Below are positions 15,958 to 26,510 of a stretch of 64,000 nt of DNA, piece by piece; the first letter of the stretch is position 1, and each line of letters starts with the position of its first letter. The position numbers were made by a program, and so were the translations under genes. The notes below the pieces were generated by a model that ran no database searches, had not been told where the DNA came from, and saw only the letters and a list, made by a program, of their open reading frames with translations. The stretch is from a virus (taxonomy: Duplodnaviria > Caudoviricetes), in IMG/VR virus record IMGVR_UViG_3300037313_001869, positions 288,001-352,000 of that record; one strand, 5' to 3'.

Positions 15958-17187
15958 TCAGCGGCAGCGGGCCGTCAAGGTCCAGCCGGCGTGCTTGAGC
16001 CGGTGGCTGTAGACCTCTTCGAGGGCGTCCTTCACCTTGTTCTTGAAGACCTTCTGCCAGAAGGGCTGCAAGATCGGCCCCTCGCCCTTCTGCTCACGAT
16101 GCTTTTCGAGCATCGCCAGGAAGGGCAGCTCCTTGTTGTGGAGGATCTCGCCGTCGCTCTTGTTGTCGAGCAGCATATCGAAGTAGAGGGGCAGGTCCTT
16201 GACCATCTGCTTGCGAATGTCGGCGGGGATCTCCCGCTTGCCGCCCGCCTCGTCCGACAGGTCCTCGAAGAACTCGGTCGCCTGCGACAGCTCGATGATG
16301 AGCGACGAAGGCTCGCTCGTCAGGGCATCGAGAAGGGGGTGAAGCAGAGCGAGCACGCCGGTCTTGCGCGACCGAGAGAGGTCGACGGTCTTGCCCGACG
16401 GCACCTTCTTCAGGATCTTCGAGAGGGCCGGGTCCTGGAGCGTGCGGAAGGCAAGCGGGTAGCTCTTGCCGTTCACCTTGATCGAGACCTCCCGAGGGTT
16501 CTTGACCGTCAGCTCGATCTTGGGCGCGTCCGGCCGGCTCGCGTCGACCTGGCTGAGCAGGTCGTCGATCTCGCTCACGCTGAGCGCCTTGCTCAGATTC
16601 TCGCGGACCTCGTCGAGCCGCTCCTCGCTCATCACGTCGTCGAGGTAGCCCCACTGGTTCGGGTCGGCGATGACGCGCTCGACGTTCTTCCCCTCGTCGT
16701 CCGTCTCGGTCATCGACACGTCTCGGTCCTGGCTCCGGAGGATGTCGAGCGCCCGGTTTTGCATCGACCGGAGCGTGTAGCCCTGCGCCTGAGAGAGGTT
16801 CTTGCCCTTCAGGCCCGCGAGAAACGAGGCGTTCTCCTGGGGGTCGAACATCTTGAGGAGCAGCTCCATCACGACCTCTTCGGCGAGGTCGGGGTTCCGG
16901 AACTTGGCGAGCAGGGCCTTGTAGACCTTGTTGCCGAAGTCCCTGGCCTCCGACCCTCCGTAGGTCCGGTAGACCTTCTGGATGTCCCGGACCTCCTTGA
17001 TCGGCTTCGCCGGCTCGGGCATCCCCTCGACCCCCGCGAGGTAGAAGTAGCCGTAGAGCACGCCCCCGAGGTCGTGCTGGATCGACGACAGCTTGACGAG
17101 GAGGTTGGCAAGACGGTAGCCCCACGGGAGCGAGGCGTAGACCTTGCGGCGGAGGTTTTCGGCGGCGGCAGCGAGGCGAAGGGACAT
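15958..17187 (-). CDS. divergent sigma70-like protein
   Basis: DLAEEVVMELLLKM...YTLRSMQNRALDILRSQ resembles sigma region 2. Confidence 0.55.
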   Translation of the reverse strand: MSLRLAAAAENLRRKVYASLPWGYRLANLLVKLSSIQHDLGGVLYGYFYLAGVEGMPEPAKPIKEVRDIQKVYRTYGGSEARDFGNKVYKALLAKFRNPDLAEEVVMELLLKMFDPQENASFLAGLKGKNLSQAQGYTLRSMQNRALDILRSQDRDVSMTETDDEGKNVERVIADPNQWGYLDDVMSEERLDEVRENLSKALSVSEIDDLLSQVDASRPDAPKIELTVKNPREVSIKVNGKSYPLAFRTLQDPALSKILKKVPSGKTVDLSRSRKTGVLALLHPLLDALTSEPSSLIIELSQATEFFEDLSDEAGGKREIPADIRKQMVKDLPLYFDMLLDNKSDGEILHNKELPFLAMLEKHREQKGEGPILQPFWQKVFKNKVKDALEEVYSHRLKHAGWTLTARCR

Positions 17188-17244
17188 GTCAAAATCGTCC
17201 CGCGGATAAGTACAAATTTGCCAGCCCCGGTGTAGCCTTCGAGC

Positions 17245-17775
17245 ATGGCGAACTACGGCTACGTCCACATGAAGAAGAAGCTCAAGCGAGACGAGATGCT
17301 GCCTCTTCTGCGCGAGACGATCGCGAAGATGCTGCCCGGGCCGTGGGAGGTGAAGGAGACCGACTGGGACGACGAAGGCCCGGTGTGGTTCGTCTTTCTG
17401 CCCGGCACGGCCCAAGACCGGGAGGGGGCTCGCAAGATGGCCCTCGCCCCGGGGCAGGACGTAGGCTTCCCGGTCGCCCTCCAGGGCGGAGGCAAGCGGC
17501 TCGCCTTCCGGCACATGATCAACTTCTTCGAGTCCTGGGCCCAGGGCCGGATCGAGGAAGAGCTGGGCGAACAGTTCGGCGTCGGCGTCGAATACGACGC
17601 GACCGACGAGACCTACGCGCCGACCCGGCGCGAATACCGCCGGGGCAAGACCTACTTCGAGTACCTCTCGCGCAATTTCGACAAGCCCCTGTCGAAGGAG
17701 GACGAGGAGTTTCTGAACGGCCGCTTCCGCGAGATGGCCCCGCCCGGCTTCTGGCGTGGCGAGGAGTTCGGCTGA
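17245..17775 (+). CDS. hypothetical protein
   Basis: ORF preceded by CGGTGTA motif. Confidence 0.8.
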   Translation: MANYGYVHMKKKLKRDEMLPLLRETIAKMLPGPWEVKETDWDDEGPVWFVFLPGTAQDREGARKMALAPGQDVGFPVALQGGGKRLAFRHMINFFESWAQGRIEEELGEQFGVGVEYDATDETYAPTRREYRRGKTYFEYLSRNFDKPLSKEDEEFLNGRFREMAPPGFWRGEEFG

Positions 17776-19073
17776 TGGCCCTGATGACCCCGATCGAAAA
17801 CGTCCTCGGCGATCAGCTCGAAGCCTGGGCTGACCAGTATGTCCGGCTCTTCCGGGACGTTCGCGGCCAGGCGGGCATCGTAGGCATCCACCGGGCGAGG
17901 CTCGGGCCGCAGACGCGCACCTTCACGGGCGAGTTTCGCTACCACGTCTGGGAGAACGAGCGCTGGGCTGTCTACGTCTCCTCGACCCGGGGCGCGTGCT
18001 TCCATGTCCCTGAAGGCACTTCGGCCCAGGACGCCTTGCGTGCCTGGGCCGAGTACGAAAAGAAGCTTCGGAACAAGGGCTAAGCCCGTGCCCGACCACT
18101 TGCCGACGGATTTCAGCACCGACTTCGGCAGCGCGAGGCCCGCGACCACTTCCTTCAGCGACAGGCCCTCGGCGAAGAAGGTGAGAAAGACCTGCTGGAC
18201 CCGCTCGTGGTCATCGAGGCCGTCGCCAGCCACGAGAGCGCCGATCTCGGCCTTGCCCGCCTCGGAGAGCTTCTTGTCCTTGCCCACGAAGTCGAGCAGA
18301 GGCTCTGCCGAGAGCTTGACCCCGCGGGTGATGTCGGCGACGACCCGCGCCACCTCGGCCGTGGCCTGCTGCCGGCACGAGGTTTCATCGACGACCATCG
18401 ATTCCCACGCCTGCTCTTCCTCGCCGAGCGGAGCGAGGTAGATGTCCTTGTAGCGGCGCGACCGGGTCCGGCACCAGTTGGAGAAGATGTTGTGGACGGC
18501 GGAGGCGAGGTACATCTTGAACCGGCCCCGCGTGCGCGGCACAACGGGCTCGATCGTCGAGTGCGTCTTGGCGAAGGTCCCGCAGAGCTTCACCTTCTCG
18601 ATGTCGACCATCTCGAAGAGGGTCTTCTTCGACGACCAGCCGGCCTTGGTCCGATGGGCCTCGGAGCCCGGCACCCAGAGAGGCCGGCCCCGGGCGTCGA
18701 CTGGCTCGGGCATGAACTTCTTGGTCTGGGTGCGGGTCGTATCCCCCCGCTTCTTCTTGCGCATGTCGCCGCCTCCATGCGCCCGCCACATCATCACCTT
18801 CCACTGCTGCCAGGTGACCTGAAGGTAGCTCGCCGCCTGCTCGGCTGTGCAACGCGAAGCGATCGACCCGGCCGACGTGCGGTACTTGTTGACCACGTCG
18901 ACACGCACCAGCTCTAGCCAGACGTGCTGGAGGATGTCCTCGAAGTTGGTTGCGACGCGGTTGTTCCTCGTGATCAGGCTGACGACGTAGGGCGTGAACA
19001 CACGCACCAGGTCATTGAGATCGGTCGGGACGTAGCCGTCAGGGATCTTGTCGAGCACCTTCGCCATTTGCAT
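17652..19073 (-). CDS. ECF-type sigma-factor-like protein with large insertion
   Basis: EDILQHVWLEL (2.2), FKMYLASAVHNIFSNWCRTRSRR (2.3-2.4), EGLSLKEVVAGLALPKSVLKS (region 4-like). Confidence 0.65.
   Translation of the reverse strand: MQMAKVLDKIPDGYVPTDLNDLVRVFTPYVVSLITRNNRVATNFEDILQHVWLELVRVDVVNKYRTSAGSIASRCTAEQAASYLQVTWQQWKVMMWRAHGGGDMRKKKRGDTTRTQTKKFMPEPVDARGRPLWVPGSEAHRTKAGWSSKKTLFEMVDIEKVKLCGTFAKTHSTIEPVVPRTRGRFKMYLASAVHNIFSNWCRTRSRRYKDIYLAPLGEEEQAWESMVVDETSCRQQATAEVARVVADITRGVKLSAEPLLDFVGKDKKLSEAGKAEIGALVAGDGLDDHERVQQVFLTFFAEGLSLKEVVAGLALPKSVLKSVGKWSGTGLALVPKLLFVLGPGTQGVLGRSAFRDMEARAPGRGDVDSPALVLPDVVAKLAREGARLRPEPRPVDAYDARLAANVPEEPDILVSPGFELIAEDVFDRGHQGHQPNSSPRQKPGGAISRKRPFRNSSSSFDRGLSKLRERYSK
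17775..18083 (+). CDS. hypothetical protein
   Basis: TGATG coupling with upstream gene. Confidence 0.65.
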   Translation: MALMTPIENVLGDQLEAWADQYVRLFRDVRGQAGIVGIHRARLGPQTRTFTGEFRYHVWENERWAVYVSSTRGACFHVPEGTSAQDALRAWAEYEKKLRNKG

Positions 19074-19246
19074 TCCCTCTCTTTCGGGCCCAGACGATTG
19101 AGCCCCCGCTCTTTTTCTCGGAATCGACCGGAAGGCGGGATCTGCCGCTCTCGCGCTCCGGTTGGCGCCGCCTGGTGGGGGCGGCGAGCTTCTGCCTTAC
19201 GTCCGCGCTCGAAGAGGTGTCAATGTTAAAGCAAGGCACCCTTCGA

Positions 19247-19950
19247 TGACGCGCCGCGGAAACCTCCCTAACACTGCGAAAATCAACGAAAACCCTCCTC
19301 GCCGCCGGACGGCCTCGGGAGAAGTCCCTCTTCTGCCGTCGACCTTGGTTAGCGACGGGTCTCCTGGTATGCTCGAAGAAATGCAGGAGATCAGCGAAGA
19401 CGACGTGCCCAGTGGCCTCGACGACTTCGAGTTTTCCCTGGCCCTCATGGCAGCCCTCGGGGCCGCCACCGCCACCGTCTCGGGCAGCGGCCCGGCCGAA
19501 CGGGCCCGGATGCTGGCCCGCCATGCCCTCGAAGCCTTGCCCGAGGGCGCAGCCTCCTCGGCCGAGCTGTGCGTCATCCAGAACGCGCTCCGGACGATCG
19601 CCGGAAAGCCCCCGCTCGGTACCACCGGCCTCGTTCCCGCTTCGGCCCCCTGGACCCGCCGGACGTTCGAGACGCTCGCTCTTGCCTGGGCCACTTGGGT
19701 CTCGGACGATACGGCCCCCCTCGCTCTGACGGCCCACGCCCTCCGTACGGCCGAGCCCCCGAAGGAGGATGACCAGGGAGCCGTCGAGCTGGAGGCGCTC
19801 CGTCATTGGGCGACGGCCCTCGAACTGCTCGAAAGCAACAGGCCGCTTGCCCGGAGGTGGTTCGACCGGGCCGTGTTCGCCAGCGAAGGTACCGAGTCGA
19901 GTCTCGCGATCTCGTGGACCTTCGTGGCGACCTTCTTCCCGGCTGCCTGA
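19247..19950 (+). CDS. hypothetical protein
   Basis: Long ORF; start uncertain. Confidence 0.6.
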
Positions 19951-20322
19951 GCTACAAGATCAGACCGCTCGCTTCGGCCGCCCCCTCGGGCGGCCAACGT
20001 TCGGTACCACCGGCTGATCCCAAGGCCGCACCTGGATTCGGTTCTGCCAGGCGCCCCCTTCCGGGAAGTACCGGAGAAGCCCGTCTCGCTCGGCTCGCGC
20101 CTCGCTCTCTGTCTTCCACGCCTTAGGGACATACAGCGTACCGGATTGGAGGTCTACGATCGCCCACACGGTCTGCGCCTCGTTCTGTCGGAGGATGTGA
20201 TCCGACGATCTCCCCCAGACACCGGAAGGTCCGAAACGGACGCAGGGTGCAGGAAGACCTGTAGCACTCTCCCCACGAAAAGGAAGATGCCCGAAAGCAG
20301 ACGTGTCCAGGGAAAATACAGG

Positions 20323-20874
20323 TTACTTCGTCGTGATCCCCATCGAGGAGGCGACGCCTCGGATCGTGGCCGAGAGGAGCAGATCCTTCGCCTTCTGGTA
20401 CTCCGGAAGCTCTCCGTAGGGGACCAGACAGGGGTGCGTCAGCTTCTCGGCATCCTTCTTCTCACCGTAGGTCCAGCCGGCCTCGATCTTCTGGAGCATC
20501 CACGATTCGTGCAGCTCCTTCGGATCGTAAGAGCCGAAGAGCACCTGTCGTGCTCCCAATCGGGCGCTGACCTTCTGCCACTCAGGAGCCTCTTCCCAGG
20601 AGACCTGGGACGGATCGCCGATCAGGGCGCAGTAGGTACGGTTCACTTCGTGAGCGGCTCTCGCGAGCTTCTCGATCACGTTTTCGGTTACGTTCATGTC
20701 GTTACGGTTCGGTGTTGAGTCTGGGTCTGAGTCGGGTGCGTCTTCTTCTCTTGCTGCTGTCGCTTCTTCTTCTTCTGGTGCTGGGGTGGGTACGGTTGCG
20801 GTTACGGGTGGGGGTACGATGTCGAGGATGCTTGGGGTCTTGGTCGTCTGAAGCTTCGCTTCATCCGAGATCAA
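20323..20874 (-). CDS. RyR-repeat domain protein
   Basis: HESWM..KIEAGWTYGEKKDAEKLTHPCLVPYGELPEYQKAKD; start may be 20697. Confidence 0.85.
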   Translation of the reverse strand: MISDEAKLQTTKTPSILDIVPPPVTATVPTPAPEEEEATAAREEDAPDSDPDSTPNRNDMNVTENVIEKLARAAHEVNRTYCALIGDPSQVSWEEAPEWQKVSARLGARQVLFGSYDPKELHESWMLQKIEAGWTYGEKKDAEKLTHPCLVPYGELPEYQKAKDLLLSATIRGVASSMGITTK

Positions 20875-21338
20875 ATCTCAGACAGAAGAGATACTGATCT
20901 CAGAGATCCCTGAGGGATCAGAGAGATCGAGAGAGAAGCTCTTCTTGGCTACTTCCCCATGGGGAGTCCGGACGGTCTCTACCGTCCGCTTCCCTTCCGT
21001 CGAGATGCCGAGCGAGATCCTCGTAGGCTTCCTACTCGTGTTCGGCAGAGCAGACATGGCGTGCATGGTCTTCGGGGAGGATCGACGGGGGTACGTGAGA
21101 GGATGTCGGACAGGCCCACTCTCACCTTCAGCAATCGGGTCTTTTCGGAACGTCCTCGGAAGCTTGAGGGGTTACCGTCCCCCCTTCGGGGGCAAGGAGC
21201 CGTAGAACCTGGTTGCCATCCCCTCTGAGCCGTAGGGGACGCTCCCCTGAGTACACCATCGAAGGTTTGTCGATCCCTTCCCACGGGGAAGCACCCTCCG
21301 GATCGCGTTCCTTTCTATAGGATCTGGGGTGTATCCCC

Positions 21339-21662
21339 ATGCAACCCACGACGATTCTCGTGTTCTCGGACCTCAAGGACTCGCCCCGCGTGGCAAAATC
21401 CCTTCCGGATACGCTCCGGATCGGCGATCACCTCGTCCTGGACCTCACCGTTCGGCGGAAGAATGGCGGACGGACCGAGGAACTCCGGGTGAACGGAGAG
21501 TTCCGGGTGACCTCCTCGGTGCTCGACGCTCGGACGACCCCTCAGCGGCTCGTCTCCGTCGAGGCCCTCCGGGTCGCACCCATCTGGAAAGCGGTCAAGA
21601 ACCCCCCTTCCTGGGCCAGGAAGATGCCGCCGGCCCGCTTCCCTCGTACTCGGGTCGAGTGA
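21339..21662 (+). CDS. hypothetical protein
   Basis: ORF with GGTGTA upstream. Confidence 0.65.
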   Translation: MQPTTILVFSDLKDSPRVAKSLPDTLRIGDHLVLDLTVRRKNGGRTEELRVNGEFRVTSSVLDARTTPQRLVSVEALRVAPIWKAVKNPPSWARKMPPARFPRTRVE

Positions 21663-21696
21663 ACCCCGAAGGGGCACGGTACCCGTCCCTCGCGGG

Positions 21697-22167
21697 CTAC
21701 TTCCAGCTCGCCAGACGGGTCCGGAGCAAGGGCTTGATCTTGTCAGCCTGAGCCTGGCCTTCCGCCCAGCGCTCCCGGAAGCGGGTCTGGGCCGCCTCGT
21801 CCGCGGCGTAGGAGCCTCCCCCGGACCCCTGGTTGTCACAGCCGTACCAGGCTTGGTCTCCCCAGGCGATAGCCCGGTCGATTCCCACCCCGGGGTCGAG
21901 GGCGAGCTGGAGAAGGTGGATGGCGCTGCTCACGCACCCGCCGGCCCCGGGGATGGCGCTGGACCCTAGGGCCGCGCCGTAATCCGCGTCCGACTTCTTG
22001 AACGTGGCCTCGGCGTAGCTGTCGAAGGCGACCGTGATCAGGTACGCCAGGGTTACGGGATGCCCCGGGTAGACCGACGCTTCGCCCAGCACTTCGTGGT
22101 CCGACCGGTGAGCGAACCGCAGAGTGTTTTGTGAAACCGGCTTGGTATGACTCTTGGGGCGCCTCAA
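21697..22167 (-). CDS. hypothetical protein
   Basis: ORF with GAGGAGG SD and TTG start. Confidence 0.65.
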   Translation of the reverse strand: MRRPKSHTKPVSQNTLRFAHRSDHEVLGEASVYPGHPVTLAYLITVAFDSYAEATFKKSDADYGAALGSSAIPGAGGCVSSAIHLLQLALDPGVGIDRAIAWGDQAWYGCDNQGSGGGSYAADEAAQTRFRERWAEGQAQADKIKPLLRTRLASWK

Positions 22168-22310
22168 ATTGTCCTCCTCGTCCTCGTCATGCTCTTTTCG
22201 GCCCTAGCGACCCGGGCCTACGTTCGAGGGCACCCCGGGATCTTCGTTCTCGCGCTCGTTCTCCTGCTCATCCCGCTCGCCTTGCTTTACCGAGACTACC
22301 GAGCCGCCCG

Positions 22311-22832
22311 CTAACAGAACTCCCGGCCGATAAGCTCGGTGAACTCGATCGGGCAGTCGGCGAGGACCTCGACGAACTCCCGCGCCGTGTAGGTTTTGCG
22401 GTACTCGTCTTCGACGAGCGGCCTATCGCTACCCATCTCTTCGGCGAGAATGCGCCGGACCGTCTCGGGGTTCTGGGCCCACGAGAACGAGCAGCAGTAG
22501 GAGACGCCGTTCCGGTCTGTCACGGCTTCGGGGGCTTCCTCCGCGCTAAGTGCCCGATCGAACCGGGTCGGTATCCGGTCACGCTCGCTCTTGTGGCAGA
22601 GCGGGCAGCGATCGAACCACTCGCTCCTGCCCGTATGGAGCATCTCGTTGCCCCCCTTGCAGAGGGTGACCCGGCAGTCCCAGCAGAACATGCCGGCGCC
22701 CGAGCGCTTTCCGAGGTGGACCTTCGGGTCCATGTCGTCGTAGCCCCGGCGGATCTCGATGGTCTCGCCCGTGGGCAGCGTGTGCTCCCGCGGCTCGCAG
22801 CCAGGAACGACCCAGTAGAAGTTGGTGCCCAT
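22311..22832 (-). CDS. Cys-rich hypothetical phage protein (MGTNFY...)
   Basis: SD GGAG, CxxC pairs. Confidence 0.75.
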   Translation of the reverse strand: MGTNFYWVVPGCEPREHTLPTGETIEIRRGYDDMDPKVHLGKRSGAGMFCWDCRVTLCKGGNEMLHTGRSEWFDRCPLCHKSERDRIPTRFDRALSAEEAPEAVTDRNGVSYCCSFSWAQNPETVRRILAEEMGSDRPLVEDEYRKTYTAREFVEVLADCPIEFTELIGREFC

Positions 22833-22833
22833 G

Positions 22834-23133
22834 TCACTCCACCCCGTTCTTTTTCTTCCACTCCTCGTGCTCGGCGACCTTCGCCTCGTGGGCCTTTCTC
22901 GCGAGCTGGAGGGCCTCGTCGAGCGGGTAGCGGCAGCCCTGGAGGAAGTCCTCTGTCCGGTCGGACGGGAACCGCTCGCTCCCCCACTGCCCATCGCGGA
23001 AGAGGGCCCAGCCCACCGAGTCGAGGATGGCCCACATCCCCTTCTCCTGGTGCCGAAGCTCGACGTGAACGGTCGTGTGATCGCCGAGGACGCCGAAGGT
23101 GTAGCGTGTCGCGTGGCACTTGGGGGTGGTCAT
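22834..23133 (-). CDS. hypothetical protein
   Basis: Coupled ORF. Confidence 0.6.
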   Translation of the reverse strand: MTTPKCHATRYTFGVLGDHTTVHVELRHQEKGMWAILDSVGWALFRDGQWGSERFPSDRTEDFLQGCRYPLDEALQLARKAHEAKVAEHEEWKKKNGVE

Positions 23134-23375
23134 GCTTCTTCTAACACCGAAGACGGGGCTTCTTTTCGGATCGTCTCGAAATTCTCCCCGATGATTGTGA
23201 TCTCCCCCGGCCCCCAAACGAGCCGTCCCTGACGGGCCGCCGACCGAACGCGAAGAGCCGTCGCGAGGTCGTGGGGGAAGCCCGCCTCGAAGAGCCGGCG
23301 GCGCAGGGCGGGGATGGACTCGGGGCCGGGGTCTTTCATTGGAAAATCCCTGACGGTTACACCGTCTTAGACGAC

Positions 23376-23690
23376 ATGACCGCTGCCGTCGAGACCTCGC
23401 CCGAGTTTGAGAGCATCGAAGCCTTTGCTCAGTTTCTCCTCGACGAGGAGCGTACCGAGTTCTGCCTCGACGAGGTCTTGCAGCTTGCCGAGACCTTGCG
23501 CCGGTCGAACCCCCGGATCATTGCCGAGCTGAAAAGCTACGGCTTCCAGATGACGGCGCGGGAGGTGCCGAAGAAGGTCCGCGGTTTCACGTCCAGCAGC
23601 CATGATCGTTTCTACGGCCCCGGGTCGAGCAAGATGCACGGCGGCTCGGGCTACGAGCAGATCGCCGGCTTTGCCGGCCAGAAAGGATGA
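23376..23690 (+). CDS. hypothetical protein
   Basis: Follows GGAAAA-N16-CGTCT motif at 23341-23367. Confidence 0.7.
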   Translation: MTAAVETSPEFESIEAFAQFLLDEERTEFCLDEVLQLAETLRRSNPRIIAELKSYGFQMTAREVPKKVRGFTSSSHDRFYGPGSSKMHGGSGYEQIAGFAGQKG

Positions 23691-24103
23691 ACCCCATGAC
23701 GCCCCCCACGTTTCAGATCGCCCCTGCTTCGGGAGACTTCGTCGGCCAGACCGAAGACCTCTTTGCCTGGGAGGGTATCCAGGTCTCCTCGGAGGAGCGG
23801 CCCTTGGCCGTGGCCGTCGTTGGGGAGGAAGTCGTCGGGGCCCTCACCTTCGGCACCTACCCGGACGAGGACGGCCTCCGGGTCACGTTCTCGATCGTGG
23901 TCGAGGAGGGCTACCGCCGGCAGGGCATTGCTCGGGCTCTGGTCCAGCGGGCCCTCGATCAGGCGGGTTCGCGTCTCTCGGGGTACTATTTCCGGGTCTG
24001 GGTCGTGAACCCCCACATGGCGTCTCTGCTTGGAAGCATGGGCTTCGAGACCGAGAACGGGGAGTGGTCGGAAGACGCCCCGCACATGTACCTCTACGCT
24101 TGA
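23687..24103 (+). CDS. GNAT acetyltransferase
   Basis: IVVEEGYRRQGIARALV motif A; N...LL..MGFE. Confidence 0.85.
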   Translation: MNPMTPPTFQIAPASGDFVGQTEDLFAWEGIQVSSEERPLAVAVVGEEVVGALTFGTYPDEDGLRVTFSIVVEEGYRRQGIARALVQRALDQAGSRLSGYYFRVWVVNPHMASLLGSMGFETENGEWSEDAPHMYLYA

Positions 24104-24106
24104 GCG

Positions 24107-24568
24107 CTACTTGTACGGCCAGGGGTCGGCTCGGCCCTTGAGCCGGTTCGGGCTCCCTCCGTCTTCGAGGCGGCGCAGCTCGTCGTTCTCCACGTCCGTG
24201 TACTCCTGCTCGACCTGGCAGGCGGGCTCGTGGTTTCGGCCTTCGTAGAGCTTGTCCCCGCTCATGTCCTCGAAGAGCTTGATGTAGGCCCGTGCCTGCT
24301 TCTCTTCGATTGGATCGGTGAGGAGCCCGGCGTGAAGGGCCCGCGAGAGGGCCATGATCCCGAGGTCGGGCCTCGGGTTCTCCGGCATCGTGAGTCCCTT
24401 TGGGTGCGTCGCTGGGTCACCAGGCATCCGGGCAAAGAAGCTTGCCATCAGGTCGGGCTCGGGTCCGCCACCCTCTTCGATGCGCTCGGCGGCGAGGGTC
24501 TGAAGCGTCACCGACTCGGAAGGGTGCGCGGGCCCGGCAAGCATGTCCCGGATGTTCTTGGCTGTCAT
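24107..24568 (-). CDS. hypothetical protein
   Basis: ORF. Confidence 0.6.
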   Translation of the reverse strand: MTAKNIRDMLAGPAHPSESVTLQTLAAERIEEGGGPEPDLMASFFARMPGDPATHPKGLTMPENPRPDLGIMALSRALHAGLLTDPIEEKQARAYIKLFEDMSGDKLYEGRNHEPACQVEQEYTDVENDELRRLEDGGSPNRLKGRADPWPYK

Positions 24569-24601
24569 GGCTCTTCTAGGGGTGATCCCAGAAGAGCTTT
24601 T

Positions 24602-25219
24602 TCAGTACCCCTCCCACCGGGCCCGCTCGGCTTCTTTCTTGCCCCAGAAGCCCATCCAGGCTTTCGGGTCCTCGGGGTCGAGGTGCCAGCGGAAGGTGTT
24701 GGCGATCCGCTCCATCCCGGGTAGGTTGTCGGCCGTGATGTCGGGCCAGATGTCGAAGTAGAGCGTGTTCCAGACCTCATCGTCGTCGGGCCGCACGTCG
24801 TAGATGTCTTCGCAGAGGATGAAGAGCCGCTCGTCGTCGATGGCCTTCTGGAACGCCGGGGCCACGAGGTCGATCACGTCCTCGCTCTTCTCGAAGACCA
24901 GGATCGACTCGACCTCGGGCTTCTGAAGCAAGGGCACGAGCACCATGCCGAGGCCGAGGCCGGCGATGAGCACGCGGCCGTGGGCCCGGGCGAGTAGCTC
25001 GGTGTTGGTCCGCTGCTCCATCGGCGTGTCGCTCATGACGAGCTGGCCCCCCACGAAGAGCTGGGCGTAGGTCCCTTCGGGGATGGCCTGCTCCCGGCCG
25101 CCGGTCGCGGCCTCCCGGATGCGGGAGAAGTCGGCCTCGGATTTGCCGATCTGGAGGATCTTGATCTCGGCCTCACCCTGCTTGCGCGGCGAGAGGCGCT
25201 TTGACATGGGCTCGAACAT
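24602..25219 (-). CDS. class I SAM-dependent methyltransferase, spermidine-synthase-like
   Basis: MSDTPME...VLIAGLGLG...VFEKSEDVI...YFDIW. Confidence 0.8.
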   Translation of the reverse strand: MFEPMSKRLSPRKQGEAEIKILQIGKSEADFSRIREAATGGREQAIPEGTYAQLFVGGQLVMSDTPMEQRTNTELLARAHGRVLIAGLGLGMVLVPLLQKPEVESILVFEKSEDVIDLVAPAFQKAIDDERLFILCEDIYDVRPDDDEVWNTLYFDIWPDITADNLPGMERIANTFRWHLDPEDPKAWMGFWGKKEAERARWEGY

Positions 25220-25260
25220 ACCGCGCCTTTACACCGCCCAAGAGGTGTAGAGAGGGGAGC

Positions 25261-25983
25261 ATGAGCATCCTTTCCGGACTGGAGATCCAGAAGCAGATCA
25301 AGGCAGGGCGGATCGAAGTCGAGCCCTTCGACCCCCACTACATGAACCCCGCGAGCCTCGACCTCACCCTCGGTCGCGAGGTCTTGGTTTACCACAACGT
25401 AGTCGACAGTTGCAGCCCCGACTACAGCCCCAACCACCCCGAGCGCTACTTCTCGCCCGTTCGCCGAAACGGAGTCAAAGGGGAAGGACTCATGCCCCGG
25501 GCCTGCCAGAACCCGAACCGGCCCTTCCCTGGGATGACCTTTCGGCCGAACGGCTATCTCGACGCGGCGATGGAAAACGAGACCATCGGGTGCGTGCTCG
25601 AACCCTGGGAGCCGTTCTTTCTCCGGCCCGGGATCGGCTATCTCATGAGCGTCGCCGAGCGCATCCGAACCGACCACTATGTGCCCATCTTGGACGGCAA
25701 GTCTTCGATCGGCCGGCTCTTTGCGGTCGTTCATGTCACCGCTGGCTTCGGGGACCCTGGGTTCGATGGCCAGTTCACGCTCGAAGTGCAAGTCACCCAC
25801 CCGCTCATCGTCTACCCGGGGCAGCGCTGCTGTCAGGTGCGTTTCGAGACCATCGAGGGCGAGGTCTCGCTCTACCAAGGCAACTACACGGGCGATGCTG
25901 CCAAGGGGTCGGTGTCCTCTCGTGCCTGGAAGCAGATCGAAAAAGACCGCGCCTACCTTGCCTCGAAAGCCAAGCCCCGATGA
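25261..25983 (+). CDS. dcd: dCTP deaminase
   Basis: NPASLDLTLG, GKSSIGRL, VHVTAGFGDPGFDGQFTLE. Confidence 0.92.
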   Translation: MSILSGLEIQKQIKAGRIEVEPFDPHYMNPASLDLTLGREVLVYHNVVDSCSPDYSPNHPERYFSPVRRNGVKGEGLMPRACQNPNRPFPGMTFRPNGYLDAAMENETIGCVLEPWEPFFLRPGIGYLMSVAERIRTDHYVPILDGKSSIGRLFAVVHVTAGFGDPGFDGQFTLEVQVTHPLIVYPGQRCCQVRFETIEGEVSLYQGNYTGDAAKGSVSSRAWKQIEKDRAYLASKAKPR

Positions 25984-26510
25984 CCCCCTACGCTCCTAGC
26001 CGCCTTCCGCTCGTCCACTACCCGGAGCCGATCCTCGCGAGGAAGGCCGACCCGATCACCGTGACGGGTCAGACCCGCACCCTCGCTCTCGACATGATCC
26101 ATACGATGCGGGCCGAACGGGGCATCGGCCTTGCCGCTCCGCAGGTGGGCCTGCCCATCCGGATGTTCGTCGTGGACGTGGAGTGGGTCTCGGGCGAGCC
26201 CGCTCCGTATGTCTTCGTCAACCCGGCCATCGTCTCGGCGAGCGAGGAGAAGGTCGATTCGGTCGAGGGTTGTCTCTCGTTTCCCGGCGAGAGTATCTGG
26301 GTACCGCGGCACAAGAAGGTCGTCATCTTCGCCCTCGACGAGCGGGGTGAGAGCTTTACGCTCGAAGCCGAGGGCCTGCTCTCGGTCGTCATCCAGCACG
26401 AGTTCGACCACATCGAAGGCCGGACTTTCGCCGATCTCCAGAACCGGACCAGCCTCGCGATGATGAAGAAGCGCCTCGCCAAGCGGGCGAAGAAAGCGAG
26501 CCGGACATGA
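25980..26510 (+). CDS. def: peptide deformylase
   Basis: GIGLAAPQVG, EGCLS, QHEFDH. Confidence 0.96.
   Translation: MTPYAPSRLPLVHYPEPILARKADPITVTGQTRTLALDMIHTMRAERGIGLAAPQVGLPIRMFVVDVEWVSGEPAPYVFVNPAIVSASEEKVDSVEGCLSFPGESIWVPRHKKVVIFALDERGESFTLEAEGLLSVVIQHEFDHIEGRTFADLQNRTSLAMMKKRLAKRAKKASRT

Noticed and set aside
20860-21330. GATC/GAGA-rich stretch as a replication origin
   Set aside because: No clear iterons or AT-rich unwinding element; cannot be supported
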